Part shown: piece by piece, positions 1 through 10,451 of the stretch | Layout of the letters: each line of letters begins with the position of its first letter | Numbering within the stretch: position 1 is the first letter of the stretch | Assembly: GCA_013178275.1 (NCBI GenBank) | Contig: JABLWZ010000002.1 | Span: 162,416 to 226,415 of the forward strand | Direction of reading: 5' to 3' | Length of the DNA: 64,000 nucleotides | DNA from: Bacillota bacterium | Lineage (GTDB): Bacteria > Bacillota > Ch66 > Ch109 | Notes under the pieces: model-generated | The model's database searches: none | What the model was told of the DNA's origin: nothing | Seen by the model: the letters and a program-made list of their open reading frames with translations, nothing else | Position numbers and translations under genes: made by a program

Positions 1-827
1 TATTCCCGGATGACCGTAAGAAGGAATCGATGGATATCATCGGTCGAACAGCATCAGGGGAATACTGGGAGGTAGTAGAGATACCTATCCTCCATATAGG
101 CGGGAATGTGCGAATTGTACTCTGGAATTCGGCAAATATTAGCGATGAATCAGGAAAAATCGTGGCAACTATTGCCCAGGGACAGGACATCACCGAACGT
201 AAGAATGCGGAGGAATCCCTTCGCAAGAGCCAACAACGCGATGAACTCCTTTCCACTGTTGCGAGTCGTCTCTTGTCCAGTGAGGATCCGCGGGCTATCA
301 TTGAAGAACTTTGCCATAAGACTATGGATCATCTGGGGTGCGAAGTCTTCTTTAACTACATGGAGGATAGGGAAAAAGGCTGTCTCCACCTCAATGCCTA
401 CGCCGGGCTCCCTGGGGAAGAAGCTAGAAAGATTGAATGGCTTGACTATGGTAGCGCAGTTTGTGGACGTGTAGCTTTGGATGGCCAGCGTATCATAGTG
501 GAGAACATTCATAAAACTTCCGATCCCAGAATGGAACTGGTCAGGTCTTACGGTCTCATGGCTTATGTATGCTATCCCCTGAAGATGGTAGATAGGGTTA
601 TTGGAACCATCTCCTTTGGGACTCGATCCCGAACAATTTTTACGGATGAAGAATTGCTAGTGATAAGGAGCGTCGCTGATCACATAGCTATCGCCATGAA
701 TCGTCTTTTAACAACTCGACAGTTAAGGGAGAGCGAGGCTAGGTTGGAGGAATTGGTAAGGGAACGAACCCGAGAACTATATGATACAAATCAGAAAAGG
801 GCTGCAGGTATTCTTTCTCCTGGTTGA
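1..827 (+). pseudogene. PAS-GAF sensor (probable histidine kinase), open at the left edge and truncated at ~797 by IS21 sequence
   Basis: The frame is open from the window start. It has a PAS/PAC end (IVATIAQGQDITERK), a GAF domain (CGRVALDG...YVCYPL..IGTISF) and a coiled coil (LEELVRERTREL), then runs into antisense istA with no HisKA domain. Confidence 0.7.
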
Positions 828-1740
828 ATACCTCTTCAATGGTCTGGTCGGTATGCGGGACCAGCCTGGTCTCTCGGTGTTTGGCCAATCCCTGCAGGAT
901 TAACTGGTTTAGTTCTTCCAGGGAGTCTACTTCTGGCAGTGGAACGAGCAACCGGCGTCGATAATACCCTACATCACCTTCAGCCTGGCCTTTTTCGTTG
1001 GCTTTGCCTACATTGCAGAAGTCGGCTTCGAACAGGTAATGGGCTTTGAAGGCAGAGAAGGTTTCCTGCTCGATGCGATTCTTACCCTTTAATACTTTGG
1101 TTACCGCCGTCTTCAGGTTGTCGTAGACGATGGTCCGAGGAACTCCACCTAAGTACTGGAACGCTCTCTGGTGGCCTTCCAAGAAGGCTTCTTGCTTCTC
1201 CGAAGGGAGAGCGGTGAGAAAGGTATTACGGCTGCCACTCAGTTTCAGCAAGAAGAGTGAGACTGTCTGCTGTCTGCCTTGAAGGATTATATCGGCGTAT
1301 CCCCAGTCGCATTGGGCGTGACTGCCAAGTTCGAAATCCAAGGGGATGAATACTTCTTGATTCTCTATCCCCAGTTTTTGCTTTATGGTTCTTACACAGT
1401 GTCTTACGGTAGAGTCGCAACCCCTGAACCCGAACTCTTCGACCAACCGCTCGTAAATTCGGATGGCGGTATGTCGCTGTTTCCTGGGGCGATCGGCATC
1501 CTCCTTCAGCCAGGTGGTGATGGTTTCCAGGAAAGGTCCCATTACCGGTCGGTGTTTGGCCTTGGTGCTGTTGTACTTGGGGATCGTGGGTACTTCTTCC
1601 CGGATCACCTTGCGGACATACTGTCGGGAATGACCAGTCTTTCTCTCGATGCCCTTTATGGAGATGCCTTGGGAGTAGTAAAGTTTTCTGATATACTCTT
1701 TGGTAGCCATCCCAATCATTTCCTTTCCTCCTGTAGCCAT
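739..1740 (-). mobile_element. istA: IS21-family transposase IstA, C-terminally truncated; no istB
   Basis: N-terminal HTH, RKQRHTAIRIYERL, and DDE motifs QCDWG / YDNLKTAV / EKGQAE. Similarity ends near EKEYLQP (~800). Confidence 0.85.
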
Positions 1741-1785
1741 GTTGTTGCATCCATAGCATGTCTTAATGTTAACCCTCCCAATAAA

Positions 1786-2721
1786 CTAACCCCTTATTAG
1801 TTTTAGTTTTTCCTTAATTTGGTTCCGGCTAACCTGGGTATAACGGACGGTGGTTTGAATGGCAGGGGTTCCCTTTTGGGTGATATAACCTAGATAGTAA
1901 GCGATCTCTTCGAGGGCCCAACCAGCCTCCCGTGCCCGGTGGGCGAAATCGTGGCGTAGGTCGTGGAAAGTAATATCCTTGATCAGTTCCCATTCATCCT
2001 TGGTTGCCCTTGCCTTTAGGATTCTAAACCAGTGGTGAATGCCCGCCTCGCTTAGCCGGTCAGCTCGTTGCGAGGTGAAGACATAAGGGCTTTCAGGGTC
2101 ACGGCCGCCATGGTTGATGTAATCGTATAACGGTCGACGGGCCTGGTTCAGCAAATCTATTTCTCGTTTCTTCCCGCCTTTGTAGCCAACGGTAACCCAA
2201 CCGATTTTAGGACCAATATTGGCATGCTCCATTAACAACCAGGATACGTCACTCACCCGGAAGCCCGCCCAATAACCCAGAGCAAAAAGCGCCTCCCCGC
2301 GGATAGTGCCTTCCCGCTCGACCAGACTGCGTAAAACATAACGCTGGTCTTCGGATAACTCTCGGGGAGCCATGAGCGGTTGCGGGGGTATTACGACCCC
2401 TCGGGCTGGATTCCGCTGCAGCAAGCCTTTTTCTCCAATGAGCCAGTATGCAAAACCGCTTACAGCCGATTTAACCCTTAATTGGTGGCTCACGCTGTAA
2501 CCGGAAGTTTCCAGGTGCTCCAGGTACATCTCCAGGGCCGCCTTGGTTAAAAGTTCGGGCTGAAAACGGTCACCGCCTCTTGGCCTTTCAGCAATCCAGG
2601 AAGTGAATTGACGTAAAACTCGTATGTATGCATCCGTCGTTCTTTCGGATTTTCCGGCCAGATACTCTTGGTACTCGGCTAAAAGTGATTGATCCGGGTA
2701 AAGATTTACTACCTTATTCAT
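1786..2721 (-). CDS. Tyrosine recombinase (XerC/D-like, probable transposon resolvase)
   Basis: Core-binding N-domain, GFRVSD, HDLRHDF, LGY..TTVRYT (catalytic Tyr). Confidence 0.85.
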   Translation of the reverse strand: MNKVVNLYPDQSLLAEYQEYLAGKSERTTDAYIRVLRQFTSWIAERPRGGDRFQPELLTKAALEMYLEHLETSGYSVSHQLRVKSAVSGFAYWLIGEKGLLQRNPARGVVIPPQPLMAPRELSEDQRYVLRSLVEREGTIRGEALFALGYWAGFRVSDVSWLLMEHANIGPKIGWVTVGYKGGKKREIDLLNQARRPLYDYINHGGRDPESPYVFTSQRADRLSEAGIHHWFRILKARATKDEWELIKDITFHDLRHDFAHRAREAGWALEEIAYYLGYITQKGTPAIQTTVRYTQVSRNQIKEKLKLIRG

Positions 2722-2735
2722 GGCTCATTCCTCCG

Positions 2736-2872
2736 TATAAAATTTTCTGTTATGAGATATTGGCTCTCATTATACCCATTTTGGATAGTTATTCCTACCA
2801 TACCATAAGAAACAGGTAACAGAAAGTAACTTCTATTACAAGTTTTCTGTTGCTATTACATTTTTACGGTTT
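2736..2872. promoter_or_regulatory. Putative resolution/binding site array upstream of the tyrosine recombinase
   Basis: TTTTCTGTT-like motifs in inverted (TAACAGAAAG ~2817) and direct (CTATTACAAGTTTTCTGTT, CTATTACATTTTTACGGTT) orientation. Confidence 0.4.
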
Positions 2873-2944
2873 TTTACATCACAAAAAAGAATTTGGAGAA
2901 AATAAGCTTTAGTTGCGTTAGTGTTTAATCTGGAGGAAGGACGA

Positions 2945-3850
2945 ATGAAAATCAAAAATGTTGAGGACCCGGACGTCAGCCCCCTGCTCAAGTACACCCT
3001 GATAGTATCGCAAAAGCATGTCAAGTGGATAACCGACACCTTTAACCTGGAGAAGCTTCCCATCCCGGTCGGCTTCACCGACAACGACGTGAACCTGAAC
3101 GCCCCACGGCTGTACTCGGACATATTCTACCCTTTTTACCTGGAGTACCTGGCCAAGTTTGGTATGATCGCCTACAGCCTGTCCCTCCCGCTGATAGCAC
3201 GCTCCGACGTCCGTGAATTCACCTCCAACTCCATCGCCACCTCTACCGAGATTTCCAACCGTGTGGTGGTGCTGATCAACAAGGGACTGTACGTCAGACC
3301 GCCTTACATCTCGCTGCCCAAGAAGGTTGACTTCGTGAACAGGAAAGGCCTTCTGGGAAGCTGGCTCGGAAAACAGCGGCCGCTGCTGGCCTCCGAAATA
3401 CTGAACATCTTCGGCAATCTGCGGAGTAAAGTGGTGATCCATACCCTCTGCCCGGGCCTGGCGCAGGTGGCGGAGCTTAAAGATGTACGCAAGCACATGC
3501 TCAAGGGCAAGGAACTGGCCACAAATCATATCGAGATCCTCAGCTCTTTCTTTCGGGATGAAGACATCCCCGCGTCGTCCAGCTGGGACGCGGGGATAAC
3601 CGACTCGGTAGTGGCCCCGTTCTCCGAGAAGCTGATGATGTTCCACGTAACCATGGTGACTACGGCAGCCATCATCGCCAGCTACGGGGCGAGCATGGCA
3701 GTCACCATGCGTCGCGATCTGGTAGCTGCCTATACCAAGCTGATCGCGGAGACGATGGCCTTCGCCGAGGACGGCATAAACATAATGGTCGATAAGGGCT
3801 GGCTGGAACAGCCACCGCAGAGCGTCGACCACGTAGGGCTGGCCGCGTAA
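2945..3850 (+). CDS. DUF3231-family protein (tandem ferritin-like), apparently missing the family N-terminus
   Basis: Motifs PIPVGFTDNDVNLNAPRLYSD, KGLYVRPPYI, APFSEKLMMFH, GWLEQPP. Paralog of 18150..19217 but lacks its LSSSEIANLW helix. Confidence 0.75.
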   Translation: MKIKNVEDPDVSPLLKYTLIVSQKHVKWITDTFNLEKLPIPVGFTDNDVNLNAPRLYSDIFYPFYLEYLAKFGMIAYSLSLPLIARSDVREFTSNSIATSTEISNRVVVLINKGLYVRPPYISLPKKVDFVNRKGLLGSWLGKQRPLLASEILNIFGNLRSKVVIHTLCPGLAQVAELKDVRKHMLKGKELATNHIEILSSFFRDEDIPASSSWDAGITDSVVAPFSEKLMMFHVTMVTTAAIIASYGASMAVTMRRDLVAAYTKLIAETMAFAEDGINIMVDKGWLEQPPQSVDHVGLAA

Positions 3851-3945
3851 TAAAGCCCATCCCTTTAAATAGTCTGAGGGCAGGCTTAATCGGTTCCCTT
3901 GAGAAAATAACCTACCCTATACTGGATTGGAGGTAGTATGCCCCT

Positions 3946-4755
3946 TTGAGTGATCAAACCCAATTGATAAGAAACCAGCGTCGACCGAAAGGGTGCGTAT
4001 CTGCTGTAACAACTAACTCCCTTCACCTCAGAAACCCCTGGATAACCGCCTGGTGGTCGGCCGCTTTCCCCGGATACGGACATATAATTTTAGGCAGCTA
4101 TCTTAAAGGCTACATTCTTATACTGCTCGAGATAATACTTAATACGGGTAGTAGATTAAACCTGGCGATTATATACTCTTTCACCGGCTATTTCAACCTG
4201 GCCAAAGAAGTGCTTGAACCCAGATGGACGTTTCTTTACATCGGTTTATACATATATGCTATATGGGATAGTTACCGTACCACTGTTGATCTGAATAAGT
4301 TCAACCTTCTGGCTGAACGGGAAAATACGCCTATTATTCCTTTTAAGATGGACTCATTTGAAATAAACTATTTAGATAAACGGACTCACTGGGTGTCTAT
4401 TGTTGCTTCTATGTTTTTGCCGGGAGCCGGGCATTTGTATATTCACCGCCTAACCACCGGTTTCGCTATTATGGCCTTCTGGGTGGTCGCTACCTATCTC
4501 TCGAAAATATATCTTGCGATTATTTATTTACCTATTTCTTTAGCTAAAGCTACCGCCATAACCGACCCCCAGTGGATGCTCTTTCTGCCTTCCATTTTCG
4601 GATTTGCTATCTACGATTCTTACGTCCATACCGTCGAATACAACCGGCTTTTTGATATAGAACAGTCCATGTTTTTAAAGGATAACTACCAGAATCCCAT
4701 CTTTAAGCTAAAAAGAGATGAGGTGTTTAAAAGTGTACGTAGCGGCGACCTTTGA
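3946..4755 (+). CDS. Conserved membrane protein with two PWxxAxWSxxxPGxG repeats
   Basis: Hydrophobic. NPWITAWWSAAFPGYGH and a second repeat SMFLPGAGHLY. Paralog of 17625..18116. Confidence 0.7.
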   Translation: MSDQTQLIRNQRRPKGCVSAVTTNSLHLRNPWITAWWSAAFPGYGHIILGSYLKGYILILLEIILNTGSRLNLAIIYSFTGYFNLAKEVLEPRWTFLYIGLYIYAIWDSYRTTVDLNKFNLLAERENTPIIPFKMDSFEINYLDKRTHWVSIVASMFLPGAGHLYIHRLTTGFAIMAFWVVATYLSKIYLAIIYLPISLAKATAITDPQWMLFLPSIFGFAIYDSYVHTVEYNRLFDIEQSMFLKDNYQNPIFKLKRDEVFKSVRSGDL

Positions 4756-5197
4756 ACATTCAACTTTTTTGGAGCTGGCTATATCAGAGCTGGAGCAGAA
4801 GGGTATTACGAGAGAGAATATATACGCCTTCCCGCTAAAACTGCGGGTTAAAGAAAGGAAACTCTTTGACACCATGAGCCGTGCGGACGGGATCAGCCTG
4901 TTCGACGGGATGGCTGCTTGGGGCACGGTTTTTACTGTATTGGGTACTATTTTCGGCTACATGTGGGCCTGGGGGCCAGTGATTTGGGGGTTGATTGGTA
5001 TGGCCTTCGGAGCTGCTTTTGGATTCTTCCTGGATTTATTTCTCGTCAGGAGTTTACGTAGGGAAAATGATCAAAAACATCTGAAAAATTTAAAAGGTCG
5101 AATATCCGAAGTGGTGCTTATTATAGAATGCGATCAAGACCAGGTGAAAATGGTGGAACATGTCCTTTGGGATAACCTTGCTATAGGGGTTAGCTAG
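4718..5197 (+). CDS. Hypothetical membrane protein
   Basis: 159 aa with two Gly-rich TM segments; overlaps the previous gene. Confidence 0.65.
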   Translation: MRCLKVYVAATFEHSTFLELAISELEQKGITRENIYAFPLKLRVKERKLFDTMSRADGISLFDGMAAWGTVFTVLGTIFGYMWAWGPVIWGLIGMAFGAAFGFFLDLFLVRSLRRENDQKHLKNLKGRISEVVLIIECDQDQVKMVEHVLWDNLAIGVS

Positions 5198-5208
5198 CAG
5201 TAAGGCTC

Positions 5209-5399
5209 GATGAGGGCCAGGGGATGGATCCCAAAATACTTGAAAAATAGGCACCCCATTTATAACCACCAAGGAGAACGGTACCGGCCTGGGCCTAGCG
5301 GTCTGCTACAGTATTGCCGCGCGGCATAACGCTAAAATAGAGGTAGATACCGGTCCTGTCGGTACTACGTTCTATGTAAGGTTCAGGTGTGGACACTAA
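5209..5399 (+). pseudogene. Histidine kinase HATPase_c C-terminal fragment (frameshifted)
   Basis: Manual translation: DEGQGMDPKILEK / GTPFITTKENGTGLGLAVCYSIAARHNAKIEVDTGPVGTTFYVRF, i.e. G1, F and G2 boxes, with a frameshift in an A-run at ~5245. Confidence 0.8.
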
Positions 5400-5575
5400 A
5401 TGTTGCTGTAATAAGGGAAGGGTTTTTGATGTTGTGTCGCTGTTAGACGAAAGACTCAAACAAAAATTGTGGATCGCTACGTAAAGAAGAATTTTCCTTA
5501 GCGTCTATTATTGTCAAAATGTTGGTGGTACACAAGCTAACGTATGAGTAAACAGATTTTTTATCGTTAACAATG

Positions 5576-5612
5576 TTTAGCGTACGAAACCGCGTTTTGT
5601 TAGCGGGGCCCC
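5576..5612 (-). repeat. Tn3-family-like terminal inverted repeat
   Basis: Minus strand GGGGCCCCGCTAACAAAACGCGGTTTCGTACGCTAAA: GGGG start and ACGCTAA end, ~38 bp. Confidence 0.55.
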
Positions 5613-5689
5613 AAGGATAAGTTCTTAGATGAGGGGAGCAGCACAATTTTTTAATCGATGCTCTAGACGAGAATAATAATTCTAATTAG

Positions 5690-6234
5690 TTCCCCCTGAA
5701 AAAGTCCAAAGAGAAAAACATCTAGAACCTTGATAAATCTACATTTCATGCCATAAAAGAAAGGAGTTCCTGCCTCTTTTGTAGAATTTTGTAAGTACCA
5801 CCAAACAAAATATACAAAGGAGGAACTCCTATAATAATCATTCGATACATCGACTCCATTTCCTGCTGGGTGGTGGTTCTGTGTAGTACTTAAAGAACCG
5901 CAGATAACTTTCTGGGACTTGTTCCTGCCAGTTGAGCTTCAGGGGTTGAGAGAGGAACTAGCCAGAGTTGATATTCTGCTGGACACTCCTCAAATACTTG
6001 CTCCCTACGCGGAACGATTCAGCACTACCATGGGCCGTCAAACTGTTCCAGTAGAAACTTACTTGCGATTGATGTACTTGAAGTTCCGTTATCAGTATTC
6101 GTCTATAACCTAAAAAAAGATTAGTCCTCAGGACTTAGAATCGGCAAGAAAAGCGAATATCAGTGGTTTTTGAATTCAAGAATTATTAATTGATTTCTCA
6201 CTTTATTTAAAGAAAGGGACTTTATTAGGGGGAA
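5690..6234 (+). mobile_element. Internally deleted IS (ISNCY/IS5-like) with both TIRs and a transposase N-terminal fragment (5919..6113)
   Basis: TIRs TTCCCCCTGAAAAAGTCC and GGACTTTATTAGGGGGAA (16/18 match). The fragment EELARVDILLD...MGRQTVPVETYLRLMYLKFRY is a transposase N-terminus. Confidence 0.7.
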
Positions 6235-6321
6235 TATCTTTCCTCTTGACAATACAACAATGTCTGAATCATCTGACTTTCGCCCCTGGTTTAAGTATGC
6301 TGGTATTAATCCTAATCGCGT

Positions 6322-6355
6322 AAGAGAGGGTGGGGAAAAAGCCCCCTCTTTTTTT
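6322..6355 (+). terminator. Intrinsic terminator-like hairpin
   Basis: AGAGGG...CCCTCT stem followed by a T-run. Confidence 0.5.
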
Positions 6356-6363
6356 GATTGAAT

Positions 6364-6392
6364 GCATATTTTTTAAGTATTTGTTAATAATA
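6364..6392 (+). promoter_or_regulatory. Putative sigma-G (forespore) promoter of the ger operon
   Basis: GCATA-N17-AATAATA fits the SigG consensus and lies 26 bp before the gerKA start. Confidence 0.5.
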
Positions 6393-6418
6393 CAATTAAT
6401 TGTGAGTAGAGGTAATAT

Positions 6419-8050
6419 ATGTTTAAATTGTTTTTAACGATATTACGACGGATTAAAGGTAGGAAGACCAAGATAAAGGAAGGAGCCCAGTCCCAGTTGG
6501 AAACAACTCTTGAAACGGAAAGGAGGCCCATTTCCTCCAGCCTTGAGAAGAATAAAGCGATTGTAAAAGAAATATTCGACCGCTGCGACGATCTGGTAAT
6601 ACGGGAAATAAGCATCAGCCGGAAAAATCCGGTTAGGGCACTGGTCGTTTATCTTGACCCGATGGTCAACCCCGACCTGCTGCAGCACAACCTGCTGCAC
6701 GCCCTGCTCAACGTGGGCGAGGCGCCCTCCAGTGGAATAACCATAACTTGGCTGAAGGAAAAAGTTATCCCGGCCGGGGACATACAGGAAAAAAAACGGT
6801 GGGTAGAAGTGGGCAATGGTATTGCCAAGGGACTGGTGGGAATTTTTGTTGAGGGTCAGGGCAGCGTTCTTTTAACCAGCATCTTTGAGGATGTCAGCCG
6901 ATCCATTTCCCAGCCCACAGCCGAACCTTTGATTAGAGGACCCGCGGATGCTTTTAACGAGGACCTGCGTACTAACATCGCCCTGCTGCGTAAGCGCCTG
7001 CACACCACCCGCCTAGCAGTGGAAAACCTGGAGATCGGTGAACTATCTAAGACAGCGGCAAGCCTGGTTTATTTAAAGGGCTACGTCACTGACGAACTGA
7101 TCCATGAAGTTAAAGAGCGTATCCAGCGTATAAAAATAGACGGCGCTCACGCTGGCGGTTATCATGAAGAGTTTTTTCAGGATAACCCCTATTCCCTGTT
7201 CAACCCCATCGAGCCGACAGAGCGACCGGATAAGCTTTACGGTCACCTCCTGGAGGGCGCGGTCGGATTGATGTTCGAGAATACGCCTTTTGCCATAATC
7301 TTCCCGGTAACCCTTCCTTCCCAGATCCAGAGTCCCGAAGATTACTACAACCACTACTGGTTTGCCTCATTTATCAGGCTATTCCGATGGGCAGGGTTCT
7401 TTTTCGCTATTTTTCTGCCATCGTTTTACATCGCGATCACTACCTACCACCAGGAACTGGTGCCCACTCCTTTGCTGATATCCATCATCGCCTCCCGCGA
7501 GGGAGTGCCGTTTCCTGGCTTTTTGGAAGCCCTGCTCATGGAACTGGCTTTTGAATTATTAACGGAGGCGGGGGTTCGCCTGCCCAGGGCTTTTGGCCAG
7601 ACTATCAGCATCGTGGGGGGGATAGTGATCGGGCAGGCGGCGGTCAACGCCAGTCTGGTGTCGCCGATACTTGTGATAGTAGTGGCGTTGACGGCTGTTG
7701 CCACCTACACCATCCCCTCGATAACTTTATCGAATACCGTACGCATGCTGCGGTTTCCCTTCATGATTGCAGCCGCCTTCATGGGGTTGTTTGGGGTGGT
7801 TGCCGGCAGCATGGTTTTGATCTTTCATTTATGCTCCCTGCGCTCTTTCGGGGTACCCTACCTCTCACCGCTGGCCCCGTTAAGCATTAGTGATTTGAAA
7901 GACACCTTTATCCGGGCGCCGGCCTGGATGATAATTATGCGGCCAAGGCTGACCGGCTACGTTGAACCTCAACGGCAGCCCCGCAGTCAAAAGCCCCGCC
8001 CGCCTGCCCCCAAGGGCAATCGCAGTTTACGCTGGGGAAGGAAGAAGTAA
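6419..8050 (+). CDS. gerKA: Spore germination receptor subunit A (GerKA/GerAA family)
   Basis: RGPADAFNEDLRTNIALLRKR, TERPD, SREGVPFP, EAGVRLP, SLRSFGVPYLSPLAP. Confidence 0.92.
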   Translation: MFKLFLTILRRIKGRKTKIKEGAQSQLETTLETERRPISSSLEKNKAIVKEIFDRCDDLVIREISISRKNPVRALVVYLDPMVNPDLLQHNLLHALLNVGEAPSSGITITWLKEKVIPAGDIQEKKRWVEVGNGIAKGLVGIFVEGQGSVLLTSIFEDVSRSISQPTAEPLIRGPADAFNEDLRTNIALLRKRLHTTRLAVENLEIGELSKTAASLVYLKGYVTDELIHEVKERIQRIKIDGAHAGGYHEEFFQDNPYSLFNPIEPTERPDKLYGHLLEGAVGLMFENTPFAIIFPVTLPSQIQSPEDYYNHYWFASFIRLFRWAGFFFAIFLPSFYIAITTYHQELVPTPLLISIIASREGVPFPGFLEALLMELAFELLTEAGVRLPRAFGQTISIVGGIVIGQAAVNASLVSPILVIVVALTAVATYTIPSITLSNTVRMLRFPFMIAAAFMGLFGVVAGSMVLIFHLCSLRSFGVPYLSPLAPLSISDLKDTFIRAPAWMIIMRPRLTGYVEPQRQPRSQKPRPPAPKGNRSLRWGRKK

Positions 8051-8053
8051 TAA

Positions 8054-9163
8054 ATGCTTGACAAAGGCCGTATAAGCAGCGTGCAACTGATGCTGGTTTT
8101 GTTCATGGTTGAGATGGCCACCGCTTTTCTCCTTGTGCCGTCTATAGTAGCCCAGGCGGCGGGACCGGACGGCTGGCTATCCATTCTGGGGGTCGCCACT
8201 GCCTACGGTTTAGCCGTGGCCCTGATTTGCGTGGCCCTGGGAAAAAGGTTTCCATTTCAGGTATTTACCGAGTACCTTCCCGAAGTCTTGGGGCGGGTGC
8301 CGGGCAAGCTTTTAGCCGCAGCCTATACAGTTGTTTTTATCCACCTTACCTCGGTGGTGGTGGGCGAAAACTCCCTCTTTATTCATACCGCCTTTCTTCG
8401 GGAAACCCCTCTCCTGATTATCGACCTTATGATGGTAGGTGCCGCTGTTTATGGGGTATATCTTGGGGTCGAGGTGCTTGCCCGGGCGAACGAGGTGGTA
8501 TTTCCAATATTTATACTGTCGATCACCATATTATTAGCCTTGGTGGCCAGAGAGATAGACCTCGACCACCTGCGCCCGGTTCTGGCCAACGGCCTCCTGC
8601 CGGTGTTGAAGGGGGCTATGGTACCCGCCGCCTGGCGGGGGGAAGTATTCTTTCTCCTTCTGCTCTACCCCTACCTCAATCAGAAGAACGAGGCTCTAAA
8701 GTCAGCAGCGGGGACGGTTTTAATATCCGGGGTTTTCGCGGCAGCAGTTACCGCAATAACGATAGGGGTATTCAGTGACCTGGTCGCCTCCCGCCAGATC
8801 TACCCGGTTCTCAACCTGGCCCGCTACATTTCGGTAGCGGGAATCCTGGAGCGCCTGGAACTGTATCTCATCATCATCTGGATGGCCGGGGTGATTATCA
8901 AGCTGGCGGTTTTCTACCACTCCTGCAGCGTTATGGCCGCTTCCACCTTGGGTCTCAAGGATTATCGCGTAACCGTTTTCCCCATCGCCCTGGCCACCAT
9001 TATTATAAGCGGAAGATTATACGAATCGGACTATCTAAAACTGGTGGAGTTTTTATCCAAGTTCTGGCCTTTCTATGGCTATACTGTAGAATTATTGATT
9101 CCCGGCCTTATTCTACTGGTGGCGGTGATAAGAAAAAAGGGAGGGGATCGGGTTGACTTTTAG
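8054..9163 (+). CDS. gerKB: Spore germination receptor subunit B (GerAB/GerKB permease family)
   Basis: ~10 TM segments; ISSVQL, GPDGWLS, GVEVLAR, LERLE motifs; operon position. Confidence 0.9.
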   Translation: MLDKGRISSVQLMLVLFMVEMATAFLLVPSIVAQAAGPDGWLSILGVATAYGLAVALICVALGKRFPFQVFTEYLPEVLGRVPGKLLAAAYTVVFIHLTSVVVGENSLFIHTAFLRETPLLIIDLMMVGAAVYGVYLGVEVLARANEVVFPIFILSITILLALVAREIDLDHLRPVLANGLLPVLKGAMVPAAWRGEVFFLLLLYPYLNQKNEALKSAAGTVLISGVFAAAVTAITIGVFSDLVASRQIYPVLNLARYISVAGILERLELYLIIIWMAGVIIKLAVFYHSCSVMAASTLGLKDYRVTVFPIALATIIISGRLYESDYLKLVEFLSKFWPFYGYTVELLIPGLILLVAVIRKKGGDRVDF

Positions 9164-10451
9164 AAAAAAATTTAAAATTAAAACTATCGTTGGCCTTTTT
9201 CTGCTGGTTCTGATTTCCTTAACCATGACTGGGTGTTGGAACCGGCGGGAAATGAACGATATAACACTCAGTACCGCTATTGGCATAGACCGGGTGGTGG
9301 TGGACGGCCGGCCCTTGTTCCTCTTTTCCGTGCTCGCCGCGAGGCCAGCTGTACCAAGCGGAGGCGCCACGGCCGGGGGCGGCGGCGGTACTACTGGGCC
9401 AAGGGTCGCCGGCGTGGGAACGGTTATCTCTACTGAGGGGGAGACCGTTTACGACGCGATAAGGAACTACTCCATGCGCACCTCCCGGCAGCTTTTATTG
9501 AGCAACACCTTGGTAATAGTCTTCGGGGAGGAACTGGCCAAGGAAGGGATAGGAGAGGTGCTCGACTTCTGCAATCGCCAAAAGGATATCCGTGAGCGTA
9601 CATGGGTAGTGGTCTGCGAAGGTCTGGCCCGCGACGCCCTCCAGTCCCAGCCCGAGGTGGAATCGATAACTTCTGTGGAGTTGGATAAGATGATCCCCCT
9701 AAATCAATCCCGGGCCTCCAAGGTGGCAATAGCCAACCTGTTCCAAGTGACGCGTGACCTATTGACCCCGGGGAAAGAGGCGGCGGTAAGCAATATGAAA
9801 CTGTTCATGCCGCCGGAAACCAGTTCGCCCATCCGCCCGACCGAACCAGCCCAGCCCCCCGGTTCTCCAAGCGGGAAAGGCGGTGGTGCCGAAATTCAGG
9901 CTCAGAACAAGACCTTTGCCCTAAGCGGGGCGGCGGTGTTCCGGGACGACCATTTGATAGGCCGGATGGACGAAGAGGAAACTCAGGGTATGTTATTTAT
10001 CAAAAACCAGGCTGTCGGCGGGATTATACCCATTGCCTTCAACGCCCTGGAGAAAAACGCCTCTTTTCTTTATCGGGACGTGAAAGCAAAGGTTAAGCCG
10101 GTAATTAACGAGGACGGCAGTATAATGTTTGAAATCCGCATCAAGGGCAAAGTAGAACTGCAGGAACAAAAGAACGCGGCAATCGACATAGCCGAGGAAG
10201 ACATAAAACATGCCGAGGAACTGATAAACCAGGAAGTTGAGCGCCGCTGCATCAAGGCGGTGGCCAGGAGCAAGGAGTTAAAGTCGGACGCTTTTGGGTT
10301 CGGAGAAAAGATTTACCGATCAAAACCTAAAGCATGGGAGGAGATTCAGAGCCAGTGGGGAGAAATCTTCCCAACAGTTATAGTAAGCGTAACAGCAGAT
10401 TTTAAAATCGAGCACCTCGGGTTAATAAACAAGCCAATAGTTATTCAATAA
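9153..10451 (+). CDS. gerKC: Ger(x)C family spore germination lipoprotein
   Basis: Lipobox MTGCWNRREM, AIGID, GEELAKEG, SDAFGFG. Confidence 0.9.
   Translation: MTFRKKFKIKTIVGLFLLVLISLTMTGCWNRREMNDITLSTAIGIDRVVVDGRPLFLFSVLAARPAVPSGGATAGGGGGTTGPRVAGVGTVISTEGETVYDAIRNYSMRTSRQLLLSNTLVIVFGEELAKEGIGEVLDFCNRQKDIRERTWVVVCEGLARDALQSQPEVESITSVELDKMIPLNQSRASKVAIANLFQVTRDLLTPGKEAAVSNMKLFMPPETSSPIRPTEPAQPPGSPSGKGGGAEIQAQNKTFALSGAAVFRDDHLIGRMDEEETQGMLFIKNQAVGGIIPIAFNALEKNASFLYRDVKAKVKPVINEDGSIMFEIRIKGKVELQEQKNAAIDIAEEDIKHAEELINQEVERRCIKAVARSKELKSDAFGFGEKIYRSKPKAWEEIQSQWGEIFPTVIVSVTADFKIEHLGLINKPIVIQ

Noticed and set aside
2918-3832. 304-aa minus-strand ORF
   Set aside because: Antisense to the DUF3231 gene; no recognisable motifs.
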